56,771 nt of DNA from Candidatus Rokuibacteriota bacterium. GTDB taxonomy: Bacteria; Methylomirabilota; Methylomirabilia; Rokubacteriales; CSP1-6. Made by a program: the position numbers and the translations under genes. Of this stretch, positions 7,978 through 15,856 are shown one piece after another. The stretch is taken from positions 1 through 56,771 of the forward strand of contig JBBDXO010000308.1 in assembly GCA_040902295.1 (NCBI GenBank), read 5' to 3'. How positions within the stretch are numbered: the stretch's first letter is position 1; each line of letters opens with the position of its first letter. The notes beneath the pieces were generated by a model. That model saw only the letters and a list, made by a program, of their open reading frames with translations, ran no database searches and had not been told where the DNA came from.

Positions 7978-10944
7978 ATGGCCGAGCCGGCCGACCAGGA
8001 GCTTCTTCGGTCCATCTTCCTCATGGAAGCATGGGACACGCTCGCCGCCCTCGAGGGCGGCGCCGGCGTCCTCTGCCTCGATCCCGTCACCGCGGAGTCG
8101 GCGGAGGCCCTCTTCGTCGTCACCCACCGGCTCAAGGGCGCCGCCTCGCTCCACGGCTTCCCCGGCGTGGCCGCGCTCGCGGACGACGTCGGCCGCATCC
8201 TCGAGAGCCTGCCCGCCGCCGAGGCCCCCGAGCGCGACGGAGCGGCCCGCCGCATCGCCACCCTCGTCACCCGCCTCAAGACCGCCCTCGACACCATCGC
8301 CGCCACGGGCACCGACGGCATCGACACCGAGGACACCACCACCACCACCACCAACACCATCAACGGTCGAACGGCGTGGGGGGAAATGGGGGGGCCGTCC
8401 AGCCCCCCCATTGTGAACGATCGCGAGGGGGGGCCGTCCAGCCCCCCCATTGTGAACGATCGCGAGGGCGACCCCGTGCGGGTCGAGCTGCACACATTCT
8501 TTACCGACAACGCGGACGTGCTGTCCTACTTCGCGCCCGAGGCGTCGGAGCACCTGGACGCCATGGGCACCGCCTTGCTCGCGCTGCAGAGCGGCGGCGA
8601 TGCCGACGACATCGACATGCTCTTTCGCGCCGTCCACACGCTCAAGGGCGCCGCGTACGTGGTGGGGTGCCGGCGCGTGGGCGAGGTGGCCCACCGGATC
8701 GAGGACGTCCTCGTGGAAGCGCGCGACGGCGCCCTCGTCATGACCGCGCCCATGATCGAGAGCGTCTTCACCGCCATGGACGTCATGCGGCTGATGCTCG
8801 GCATGAGCGCCGATACCTCCGCCAACATGACGGCGCGGTCGGAGGCGGCCCTCGCCGCGCTCGCGGAGTCGTTCGCGAGCGCGCCCGCACCGCCGGTGAC
8901 CGCCCCCGTGGTCGTCGTCTCCGAGGCAGCGCCCTCCTCCCTCGTGCCCGGCCCTCCGCGAGAGGCGCGCGCGCATCCGGCGCCGGGGGCGCCGGCGCCC
9001 GAGCGCGGCGGCCGCCAGACCATTCGCGTGGGTCTCGACCGCCTCGACTCGCTGATGGATCTGGTGGGCGAGATGGTGATCGCGCGCAGCCGCCTCGAGC
9101 GCCGGCTCGCCGAGCTGGAGCGCGTGAGCGGCACGCTCTTCGCGAGCCGCGCGCGGATGCTGCAGGCGGTGGGCGAGTTCGAGCGCAAGCATCTTGACGC
9201 CCGGCTGCCCGGCACCGACGGCGCCGCCCTGCCCGCGGCGCCCGAGCCCTCGCTGCCCACGGCGTTGTCGGTGTCGGAGCTGTTCGCGGAGCTGGAGTTC
9301 GACCGCTACGACGACTTCAACATCTTCGCGCGGCGCGCGGGCGAGATCTCGTCCGACCTCTCCGAGGTGCACGCGGAGCTGGCCGGCCTCACGCGCGTGA
9401 TCGGCGACGATCTCGCCCACGTGCATCGGCTCACGGGCGGGCTGCGCGACGAGATCGCCCGCGCGCGGCTGGTGCCCATCGGCACCCTCTTCACCCGCTT
9501 CGTGCGCCAGGGCGGGGAGGCCGCCCGCGCCGCCGGCAAGAGCGTGCGGGTGGAGACGGAAGGCGATGCGGTCGAGCTCGACACCGGCATCATCGAGCAG
9601 ATCGTGGATCCCCTGCTGCACCTCGTGCAGAACGCGGTGGTCCACGGCATCGAGCCCGCCGACGAACGCCGCGCGCGGGGCAAGCCCGCGGAGGGGCGGC
9701 TCACGCTGGGCGCCCGCCACCAGGGCGGGTTCGTGTACATCGAGGTGAGGGACGACGGCCGCGGCATCGACGCCGACATCCTCCGAGGGCGCGCGGTGGC
9801 GCAGCGCTTCGTCGACGGCGGCGCGGCGGCGGCCCTCAGCGAGCGCGAGGCGCTCGAGCTCATCTTCCTGCCGGGCTTCAGCACGGCCGCGGCCGTCACG
9901 GCGGCCTCCGGCCGCGGTGTGGGCATGGACGTCGTGCGCACCAACGTCCGCCGGCTCAACGGCGACATCGAGGTGCAGACGGACCTTGGCGCGGGGACGC
10001 GCTTCATCATCAAGCTGCCGCTCACCGTGCTCGTCTCCGAAGCCCTGCTCGTTCGCGTGGCGGGCGAGACGCTGGCGGTGCCGCTGAACGCCGTGCAGAC
10101 GGTGCTCACCGTGGACGCGGCGGATGTGCGCAGGGACTCCGACGGGGAGTCGATCGTGGTGGACGGCGACGGCGTCCACCTCGTGCCGCTCGATCGCGTG
10201 CTCCTGCTCCCCATGCCGCCGCGCGGCCCCCACGCCCACGTGCTGGTGCTGCGCGCGCCGGGCGGCCCCCTCGCGGTCGAGGTCGACGAGATCCTCCGCA
10301 AGGAAGAGATGGTCATCAAGCCGCTCGGACCCTTTCTCGACGGCGTGGGGCCCTTCGCGGGCGCCACCATCGGGTCGGACGGCCGGGTCATGCTGCTGCT
10401 GGATGCGGTCAAGCTCTCCGAATCAAAGGCGGCGGCGACGGCGGCGCGGGCAGCCCCCGAGCCACCCCCGCCCGGTGCCGGGTCCCCCCTCGCTGGGAGC
10501 ACTCGCGCCACCGTCGCCGCCGCCAAGGTTCCGCCGGGTGCCACCGCGGGCCGCCTCGCGCGGGCGCGCGTGCTGCTGGTCGACGACTCGATCAGCGTGC
10601 GGCGCTTCGTGGGACGGATGCTGACGGTGGGCGGCTTCGAGGTCGTGACCGCCAACGACGGGGCCGAGGCCATCAGCAGGGTCGCGGAGGGCCGCTTCGA
10701 CGTCGTCATCACCGATCTCGAGATGCCGCGCGTGAACGGCTACGAGCTCATCGAGGACCTGCGCCGGCGCTCGTCGACGCGCCACGTGCCGGTCATCGTG
10801 CTCACCACGCGGGCGGGTGACAAGCACGTGTCGCTGGCGCGGCGCCTCGGCGTCGAGCACTACGTCACCAAGCCCGTGGACGAGACGACGTTCGTGCGCC
10901 TCGTCGGCTCCCTCGCGTCGCCTCCGGCGGACGCTGCCCGGTGA
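7978..10944 (+). CDS. cheA: hybrid CheA-type histidine kinase: Hpt, Hpt, dimerisation, HATPase, CheW-like, REC
   Basis: Two Hpt boxes (VVTHRLKGAASLHG; AVHTLKGAAYVVG); dimerisation region IRVGLDRLDSLMDLVGEMVI; N-box HLVQNAVVHGIE; G-boxes VRDDGRGID and GRGVGMDVV; CheW-like region LLVRVAGETLAVPLNAV; C-terminal receiver VLLVDDS...VVITDLEMPRVNGYE...VIVLTTR...YVTKP. Confidence 0.9.
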   Translation: MAEPADQELLRSIFLMEAWDTLAALEGGAGVLCLDPVTAESAEALFVVTHRLKGAASLHGFPGVAALADDVGRILESLPAAEAPERDGAARRIATLVTRLKTALDTIAATGTDGIDTEDTTTTTTNTINGRTAWGEMGGPSSPPIVNDREGGPSSPPIVNDREGDPVRVELHTFFTDNADVLSYFAPEASEHLDAMGTALLALQSGGDADDIDMLFRAVHTLKGAAYVVGCRRVGEVAHRIEDVLVEARDGALVMTAPMIESVFTAMDVMRLMLGMSADTSANMTARSEAALAALAESFASAPAPPVTAPVVVVSEAAPSSLVPGPPREARAHPAPGAPAPERGGRQTIRVGLDRLDSLMDLVGEMVIARSRLERRLAELERVSGTLFASRARMLQAVGEFERKHLDARLPGTDGAALPAAPEPSLPTALSVSELFAELEFDRYDDFNIFARRAGEISSDLSEVHAELAGLTRVIGDDLAHVHRLTGGLRDEIARARLVPIGTLFTRFVRQGGEAARAAGKSVRVETEGDAVELDTGIIEQIVDPLLHLVQNAVVHGIEPADERRARGKPAEGRLTLGARHQGGFVYIEVRDDGRGIDADILRGRAVAQRFVDGGAAAALSEREALELIFLPGFSTAAAVTAASGRGVGMDVVRTNVRRLNGDIEVQTDLGAGTRFIIKLPLTVLVSEALLVRVAGETLAVPLNAVQTVLTVDAADVRRDSDGESIVVDGDGVHLVPLDRVLLLPMPPRGPHAHVLVLRAPGGPLAVEVDEILRKEEMVIKPLGPFLDGVGPFAGATIGSDGRVMLLLDAVKLSESKAAATAARAAPEPPPPGAGSPLAGSTRATVAAAKVPPGATAGRLARARVLLVDDSISVRRFVGRMLTVGGFEVVTANDGAEAISRVAEGRFDVVITDLEMPRVNGYELIEDLRRRSSTRHVPVIVLTTRAGDKHVSLARRLGVEHYVTKPVDETTFVRLVGSLASPPADAAR
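8388..8465 (+). repeat. perfect 2 x 39-bp in-frame tandem duplication inside cheA linker
   Basis: Bases 8388-8426 equal 8427-8465 (gggggggccgtccagcccccccattgtgaacgatcgcga), and the next 3 nt (ggg) start a third unit. The repeat encodes GGPSSPPIVNDRE twice between Hpt1 and Hpt2. Confidence 0.95.
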
Positions 10945-11909
10945 AGATCCTCGTCGTCGATCCGGACCGCGCGCGGGCCAACGATCTCCAGGGCCTGCTC
11001 GCGGCGAGCGGCGCCGAGGTGTCGGTGGCGTCCAGCGGATCGTTCGCGCTCACGATGCTCGAATGGAACAAGCAGGACGTCATCGTGAGCCACGCCCGCA
11101 TCGACGACATGGACGGCCACGAGCTGTGCGGCATCGTGCGGAGCGATCCGTCGACGGAGGGCGTGCGCTTCGTCCTCATCGCCTCCGCCGAGCAGGCCAG
11201 CCCGGCCGAGACGTCGGCGGCCGGGATCGACCTGGTGCTGCCGTCGAGCATGACCGGCTCGATGATGGTGCCGCTCGTGGTCCAGCTCGTGCGGCACGAT
11301 CTCGGCGGCACGCCCGCGCACGATCCTCTCCCCTCGGCGCTCCCGGCGCCGGCTCCCGTGAGGGCGCCCCGCGCGGTGCCGCCGCCTGCGGCCGTACCCC
11401 CACCCCCCCCGGCGCCCGCGCCGGTGGTCGTGCCGAAGGCCGCCCCGGCGCCGCCGGTGCCCGTGCCCGCCGCCGCCGCGTCGCCGCCGGCACCCCGCGC
11501 GCCCGGGACGAACGGTGGCGCCGGCACCCTGCGGCTGAGCGATCTCGACGCCGTGGGCGCCGAGGGCGCGGTGAAGACGTTCCAGGGCTCGCTGGGCGTC
11601 ATGGAGATGGAGGAGCTCGTGCAGGCGATCTCGATGGGGGGCAAGAGCGGCCGCCTGCTGCTCGTGCTGGCGTCCGGCGGCGGCATGATCGTCTTCATGA
11701 GCGGCCGCGTCGTGCACGCGGAGTTCGGAGCGAAGTCCGGCGAGCCCGCCTTCGAAGCGCTCGTGACCACCGCGCACCGCGAGCGTTCGGGAAAGTTCTG
11801 CTTCATTCCCGGCGACGGGCGCGCGTCCTCCAGCGCCGCCGCGACCATCTCGAAGAGCACCGACCAATTGCTGCTCAGCGTCGCTACGGCGATGGACGAG
11901 GAGAGGTAA
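10941..11909 (+). CDS. response regulator: N-terminal REC, Pro/Ala linker, C-terminal DUF4388 (PATAN-like) domain
   Basis: REC region KILVVDPD...DVIVSHARIDDMDGHE...FVLIAS. Linker PAPAPVRAPRAVPPPAAVPPPPPAPAP. The C-terminal segment FQGSLGVMEMEELVQAISMGGKSGRLLLV...GMIVFMSGRVVHAEFG...GEPAFEALV matches the DUF4388 pattern as I recall it. GTG 10941 overlaps the cheA stop (GTGA). Confidence 0.75.
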   Translation: MKILVVDPDRARANDLQGLLAASGAEVSVASSGSFALTMLEWNKQDVIVSHARIDDMDGHELCGIVRSDPSTEGVRFVLIASAEQASPAETSAAGIDLVLPSSMTGSMMVPLVVQLVRHDLGGTPAHDPLPSALPAPAPVRAPRAVPPPAAVPPPPPAPAPVVVPKAAPAPPVPVPAAAASPPAPRAPGTNGGAGTLRLSDLDAVGAEGAVKTFQGSLGVMEMEELVQAISMGGKSGRLLLVLASGGGMIVFMSGRVVHAEFGAKSGEPAFEALVTTAHRERSGKFCFIPGDGRASSSAAATISKSTDQLLLSVATAMDEER

Positions 11910-11912
11910 CCC

Positions 11913-12767
11913 ATGCCCAAGGTGCTGGTGATCGACGACAGCGTGAGCGTGCGGAAAGTGGTGGAGCGGGCGCTCGCAGGCCGCCAGATCGACGTCGTCA
12001 CCGCCGCCTCCGGCGCGGAAGCCATCGACCGGCTGGAGAAGGAGGAGCCCGACATCGTCGTGTGCGACGTGGTCATGCCCGACCGCGACGGCTACGACAT
12101 CTGCGAGTTCGTGAAGAGCCACGCCCGTCTCGGGCTGACTCCGGTGCTCCTCATGTCGGGCATCGTCAACGACGAGGTCCGTCAGAAGGCGGCGGCGGCG
12201 CGGTGCGATGGCGTGCTCGCCAAGCCCTTCGCCGGCGAAGATCTCGTTCGCCATCTGGAAGCGCTTCTGCCGTCGAAGCTGAAGGTGGCCGCGCCGGCGG
12301 CGGCGGCCGCCCCCGCGCCGCCGGCCGCTGTGCCCGCTCCGGCGCGGGCCGCTGCTGCCGTCAGCATGCCCGTGCCCGCGTCCGCGACGAGCCCGCCCGT
12401 TGCACCGGAGGTCGCGGGCACGGCGCGGTCGATCCTGGTCACGATCGGCGCCATGGAAGGCGTGCAATGGGCCGTCCTCGCCGATCGCGAGGGCTACCTG
12501 ATCGAGGCCACCGCCGAATCGGGCGTGGACGCCGAAGTGGCGGGAGCGCTCAGCGCCTGCCTGGCGGAGTCCTCGGACGGGCTCGGCCGGGAGCTCGGAC
12601 GCGGAAACCTGCAGGGCATGATCCTGGAATACGAAAAGGGCATGGTGGTGCTGCACGGCGTGGGCGCGGGCGCCCTGCTCGCCATCGGCCTCTCGGAGCC
12701 CTCCGCCCTCGGCAAGGTCCGCTACTACGCCAAGAAGGCGCTCGCCGAGCTCGCACGAGTCATGTGA
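11913..12767 (+). CDS. response regulator: N-terminal REC, Pro/Ala linker, C-terminal Roadblock/LC7 (MglB-like) domain
   Basis: REC region KVLVIDDSVSVRK...DIVVCDVVMPDRDGYD...VLLMSG...GVLAKPF. The C-terminal ~110 aa (ILVTIGAMEGVQWAVLADREGYLIEATAESGVDAEVAGALSA...MILEYEKGMVVLHGVGAGALLAIGLSEPSALGKVRYYAKKALAEL) has the Roadblock alpha-beta-alpha pattern. Confidence 0.8.
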   Translation: MPKVLVIDDSVSVRKVVERALAGRQIDVVTAASGAEAIDRLEKEEPDIVVCDVVMPDRDGYDICEFVKSHARLGLTPVLLMSGIVNDEVRQKAAAARCDGVLAKPFAGEDLVRHLEALLPSKLKVAAPAAAAAPAPPAAVPAPARAAAAVSMPVPASATSPPVAPEVAGTARSILVTIGAMEGVQWAVLADREGYLIEATAESGVDAEVAGALSACLAESSDGLGRELGRGNLQGMILEYEKGMVVLHGVGAGALLAIGLSEPSALGKVRYYAKKALAELARVM

Positions 12768-12769
12768 CC

Positions 12770-14719
12770 ATGGCGCGCCACCGCCCGTCGCCGCCGCACG
12801 CCGGCCTGCGCGCGCTCGCCACCGCTTTCGCATGCGTCGCCCTCACGGCCGCCGTGCTGCGCTTCGACGTCGCCGGCGGGCTCACCGTGCCCGCGTGGAC
12901 GGCTGTCCTGCCCCTCCTCGTGTACGTGGCGCTCGCCGCCATCACGCTGGGGCGCGCTTCGCTGCGGCCTCGCCTGGTCTGGCTGGCCGGCGCGTGCGCC
13001 ACCCACGCGCTCGTCGTCGTCGCCACCGCCGCCGTCGTGGCCGCCGCCGGCGCCGACTCGCTGGCGACGGCGCTGCCGAGCGCGATCGTGGAGTCTCCGC
13101 TTGCGACCGTCATCTTCCTCGCCGGCGTTCCCCTCACGCTGCTGCCGTTTCGCGGTCGCCTGTTGCCGCGGCCCGCCGCGCGGGCGTCCTCCCCGAGGCC
13201 GGCCGCTCCGGCGCCGCCGCGGACGGGGCGGCCGGCGAGCGCGCCGGTGGCGGGGGAAACTCCGTTCGCGCGCGAGGCGCGGCGCCGGATGGCGGTGGCC
13301 GCGCCGCCGCCGGTGCAGGCCCCCGCCGCCGCCGCCGCCGTGCCCTCCCCGGCGCCGGTGCTTGTCCTGCGGCCGCCTGCGCGTCCGGTGGTGGCACCGA
13401 TGCCGGTCCGCGCCGCCGCCGAGCCGACGGTGACCATTGCCTTCGAGCGGATCGCCGCGCAGCTGCCCGCCGATGTCTTTCTGCTGCCGATGGACCGGCT
13501 CGCGGAGAGCATGCGCTCGCCGCACGAGCTGCTCGTGCCGCGCAGCCTCGTCGTGGCGCAGCTCGCCGAAGGGCAGGTCGAGGTGGCGTGGGCGCTCGTG
13601 GAGGACCAGTTCCCGACGCTGGCCTTCGCGCTCGAGGCCTCGGAGATCCGCAGGCGGTATCCGGAGCTGCGCCTGCTGCTGCCGCTCGACCTCGTCGTGT
13701 CGCAGCTTCCGCCGGCCGTCTTCTCGGCCGCCGCGCCCGTCGCCGAGCTCGGCGGCCTCGATCGCTACCCGGCGCCGTTTCAACCCTCCTCCGGCGCCAC
13801 CGTTCCCGCCGTCCCGCCCGCTTCGCGCCCGGCGACCCCGGCCGCCGCCCCGCCGCCGGTGGCGCCGGCCGCGCCTGCACCGTCGGTGACGCTGGCACCG
13901 GCGATCGTCGAGGCGCCGGTCGTCCCGCGTCCGCCGGCGGCGGCGCCCGCGAGCGCGGCGCCCGCCGTGGCCGTGACGGCCGTGCCCCCGTCGGAGGCGG
14001 CGCTGCTCGCGCAGGGGCAACGGCTGGCGACGCGCCTGGTGGCCTTCGGGCCGCTGGAGGTCGGGGTCCGGCGCCTGAACGGGACGACCGTGCTGTCGCT
14101 GGTGACGGCCGGGCGGCCGCACGAGGCGATCGAGCGCGCCGCGGCGCGGTGCGCGCCGCTGCTCGCCGCGGCGCACCAGGTGACCATCCACACCGACCGC
14201 GTGTCGATGCTCCTCACGCGCGTGTGCGGCGGCGTGCTGGTGATCGGGCTCCGGGCGGGCGCGCCGCTGGCGATGCTCGAGATCCTGGTGGTCCGCGCGT
14301 GCGGTGGGGAGCCGGCGGGGGGGGCGCCTGCAGGCGTCCCCCGTGGCCTGGCCGCCGCCGACGTCGACGGGCGGGTGGCCGCGCTGGGGGGTGCGCTGCA
14401 GGGCTTTGGTCCCGTGGTGCCGGCGGCATTCGTGGACCGTGCGGGCGGGCTCGACGTGTACGTCTTCTCGACGGCGGCGGAGGCCCAGGTCGCGGGTGAG
14501 GAAGCCCGGGTGGTCTGGCAGGCGCTCGTGCACGAGGGTGAGCGCGACCTCGGGCGGGCGCGGTCGGTGGTGCTGCGCGAGGGCCCGCGACGGACGGTCG
14601 TGTATCCGGTGGCCGCCGCACGGCGGCCCGCGATGCTGGCGGCGGCGGGCGTGCTCGCGTTGCCGGGCCTCGCCTACCGGCAGGCGGCGCGGGCGGCCGA
14701 GCGCCTGGCCGCGGTGTGA
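12770..14719 (+). CDS. 649-aa membrane-anchored Pro/Ala-rich protein with two Roadblock-like C-terminal segments
   Basis: ATG 12770 lies 2 nt after the upstream stop; it is the tail of track ORF 10817-14719. There are about four N-terminal TM segments and long AP-rich tracts. A central region carries the repeated motifs AQLPADVF and SQLPPAVF. Two C-terminal ~100-aa blocks (LATRLVAFGPLEVGVRRLNGTTVLSLV...VLVIGLRAGAPLAMLEILVVRA, and LGGALQGFGPVVPAAFVDRAGGLDVYVF...AMLAAAGVLALPGLAYRQAARAAERL) read like Roadblock folds; this is an inference. Confidence 0.6.
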   Translation: MARHRPSPPHAGLRALATAFACVALTAAVLRFDVAGGLTVPAWTAVLPLLVYVALAAITLGRASLRPRLVWLAGACATHALVVVATAAVVAAAGADSLATALPSAIVESPLATVIFLAGVPLTLLPFRGRLLPRPAARASSPRPAAPAPPRTGRPASAPVAGETPFAREARRRMAVAAPPPVQAPAAAAAVPSPAPVLVLRPPARPVVAPMPVRAAAEPTVTIAFERIAAQLPADVFLLPMDRLAESMRSPHELLVPRSLVVAQLAEGQVEVAWALVEDQFPTLAFALEASEIRRRYPELRLLLPLDLVVSQLPPAVFSAAAPVAELGGLDRYPAPFQPSSGATVPAVPPASRPATPAAAPPPVAPAAPAPSVTLAPAIVEAPVVPRPPAAAPASAAPAVAVTAVPPSEAALLAQGQRLATRLVAFGPLEVGVRRLNGTTVLSLVTAGRPHEAIERAAARCAPLLAAAHQVTIHTDRVSMLLTRVCGGVLVIGLRAGAPLAMLEILVVRACGGEPAGGAPAGVPRGLAAADVDGRVAALGGALQGFGPVVPAAFVDRAGGLDVYVFSTAAEAQVAGEEARVVWQALVHEGERDLGRARSVVLREGPRRTVVYPVAAARRPAMLAAAGVLALPGLAYRQAARAAERLAAV

Positions 14720-14720
14720 G

Positions 14721-15329
14721 ATGTCGATCATCAACTATGCGGCCAAGGTCATCAACTTCAAGATCGTGTATTACGGCCCCGGGATGGCGGGCAAGACGGC
14801 GAACCTCCAGTACGTGCACCGCTGCCTGCCCGACGCCAACAAGGGCCACATGATCTCGCTCGCCGCCGGCGACGACCGCACGCTCTTCTTCGATTTCCTG
14901 CCCGTGACCGCCCTCAGCGTGCGGGGCTTCACGACGAAGTTCCAGCTCTACACGGTGCCGGGCCAGAGCCACTACAACATGACGCGCAAGCTCGTCCTGC
15001 GCGGGGTGGACGGCGTCGTCTTCGTGGCGGACTCGCAGTGGGACCGGCTGCGCGAGAACGTGGAGAGCTTCCGCAACCTCGGCGACAACCTCAGGGAGTA
15101 CCAGCTCGATCTTGCCGCGACGCCGTACGTCGTCCAGTACAACAAGCGCGATCTCGGCAACGTGGCTCCCTGCGAGTACCTGGAGTACATGCTGAACCGG
15201 GGCGCCCGGCGGGCGCCGTCGTTCGAAGCGGTCGCGCTCGAGGGCAAGGGCGTGTTCGACACGCTGAATACCGTGTCGCGCATGGTCCTCGTCAGGGAGT
15301 TCGACGAGCGGCCGGAGGGAGCGTCCTGA
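14721..15329 (+). CDS. mglA: MglA, Ras-like small GTPase of the gliding/polarity family
   Basis: Near-colinear with Myxococcus MglA as I recall it: MSIINYAAKVINFKIVYYGPGMAGKTANLQY (P-loop), DRTLFFDFLP (intrinsic Arg), YTVPGQ (Thr in place of the DxxGQ Asp), GVDGVVFVADSQ, QYNKRDL (G4). 202 aa. ATG lies 1 nt after the upstream stop. Confidence 0.92.
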   Translation: MSIINYAAKVINFKIVYYGPGMAGKTANLQYVHRCLPDANKGHMISLAAGDDRTLFFDFLPVTALSVRGFTTKFQLYTVPGQSHYNMTRKLVLRGVDGVVFVADSQWDRLRENVESFRNLGDNLREYQLDLAATPYVVQYNKRDLGNVAPCEYLEYMLNRGARRAPSFEAVALEGKGVFDTLNTVSRMVLVREFDERPEGAS

Positions 15330-15811
15330 TGCGACACGATGTGGTCATTCACGAGAGCGATGCGGCGGGCATCGACGCCGTGCTGAGCCGCTTCCTCGCC
15401 GACTCGGGGGCGAGCGCCGCTCTCCTCATCGACCGCAGCGGCCAGCCGCTGGCGCAGTGCGGCACCTCGCCGGCGCCGGACACGGCGTCCATGGGCGCGC
15501 TCGCCGCGGGCGCCTTCAGCGCCACCGCCGCCCTCGCGCGGCTGCTCGGGGAAAGCGAGTTCTCCGTCCTCTTCCACGAGGGCAAGCACGAGAGCCTGCA
15601 CGTGTCCACCGTGGACGACTTCACGATTCTCCTCGCGGTCTTCGGCGACCACACCACCGTCGGCATGGTGCGGCTCTTTGCGCGCGAGACCAGCGCGTCG
15701 ATCGGCGTCATCCTCGAGGCCACGCGCGCGCGGCCGCGACGGACGGGCGCTCTCGCGGCGCCGCTCACGGCTGAAGAAGCCGGGCGCGCGATCGATCATC
15801 GTCCCGCGTAA
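15329..15811 (+). CDS. mglB: MglB, Roadblock/LC7-type GTPase-activating partner of MglA
   Basis: LLGESEFSVLFHEGKHESLHVSTVDD...TTVGMVRLFARETSASI parallels Myxococcus MglB (LIGENEFPNQFHEGAKDSLYMTIVG...TSLGLVRLRIKKASDEL). ATG 15329 shares one base with the mglA stop (TGATG). 160 aa. Confidence 0.85.
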   Translation: MRHDVVIHESDAAGIDAVLSRFLADSGASAALLIDRSGQPLAQCGTSPAPDTASMGALAAGAFSATAALARLLGESEFSVLFHEGKHESLHVSTVDDFTILLAVFGDHTTVGMVRLFARETSASIGVILEATRARPRRTGALAAPLTAEEAGRAIDHRPA

Positions 15812-15856
15812 GCGGCGGCCGCCGCCGTCCGGGCGCCGGCCGGGGGAGCGGCCGCG

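Noticed and set aside
8388-8465. Possible CRISPR or minisatellite (also considered for 46850-46887 and 55267-55292).
   Set aside because: There are only two directly abutting copies, with no spacers and no cas genes. One is in-frame inside cheA. They are reported as simple tandem duplications instead.
7213-10239. 1008-aa minus-strand ORF antisense to cheA and the MCP. Similar long antisense or off-frame ORFs occur at 5599-7134, 6447-7676, 10860-12833, 12725-14734 and 38511-40211.
   Set aside because: Their translations are Arg/Gly/Ala/His-rich low-complexity strings with no recognisable motifs. They lie opposite genes with unambiguous conserved domains. This is typical shadow-ORF behaviour in very GC-rich DNA.
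10817-12769. 5' two-thirds of track ORF 10817-14719, which would make a 1300-aa protein.
   Set aside because: This part overlaps the well-supported REC-DUF4388 and REC-Roadblock genes in another frame and is Arg/Gly-rich. The real gene is taken from ATG 12770. The same trimming logic was applied to ORFs 125-1438, 787-2259, 1374-2612, 4684-6177, 14304-15329, 15038-15811, 16582-17130, 23932-26067, 25059-27062, 29892-30719, 36496-38412, 37860-40436, 45520-46857, 49172-49999 and 55354-56646.
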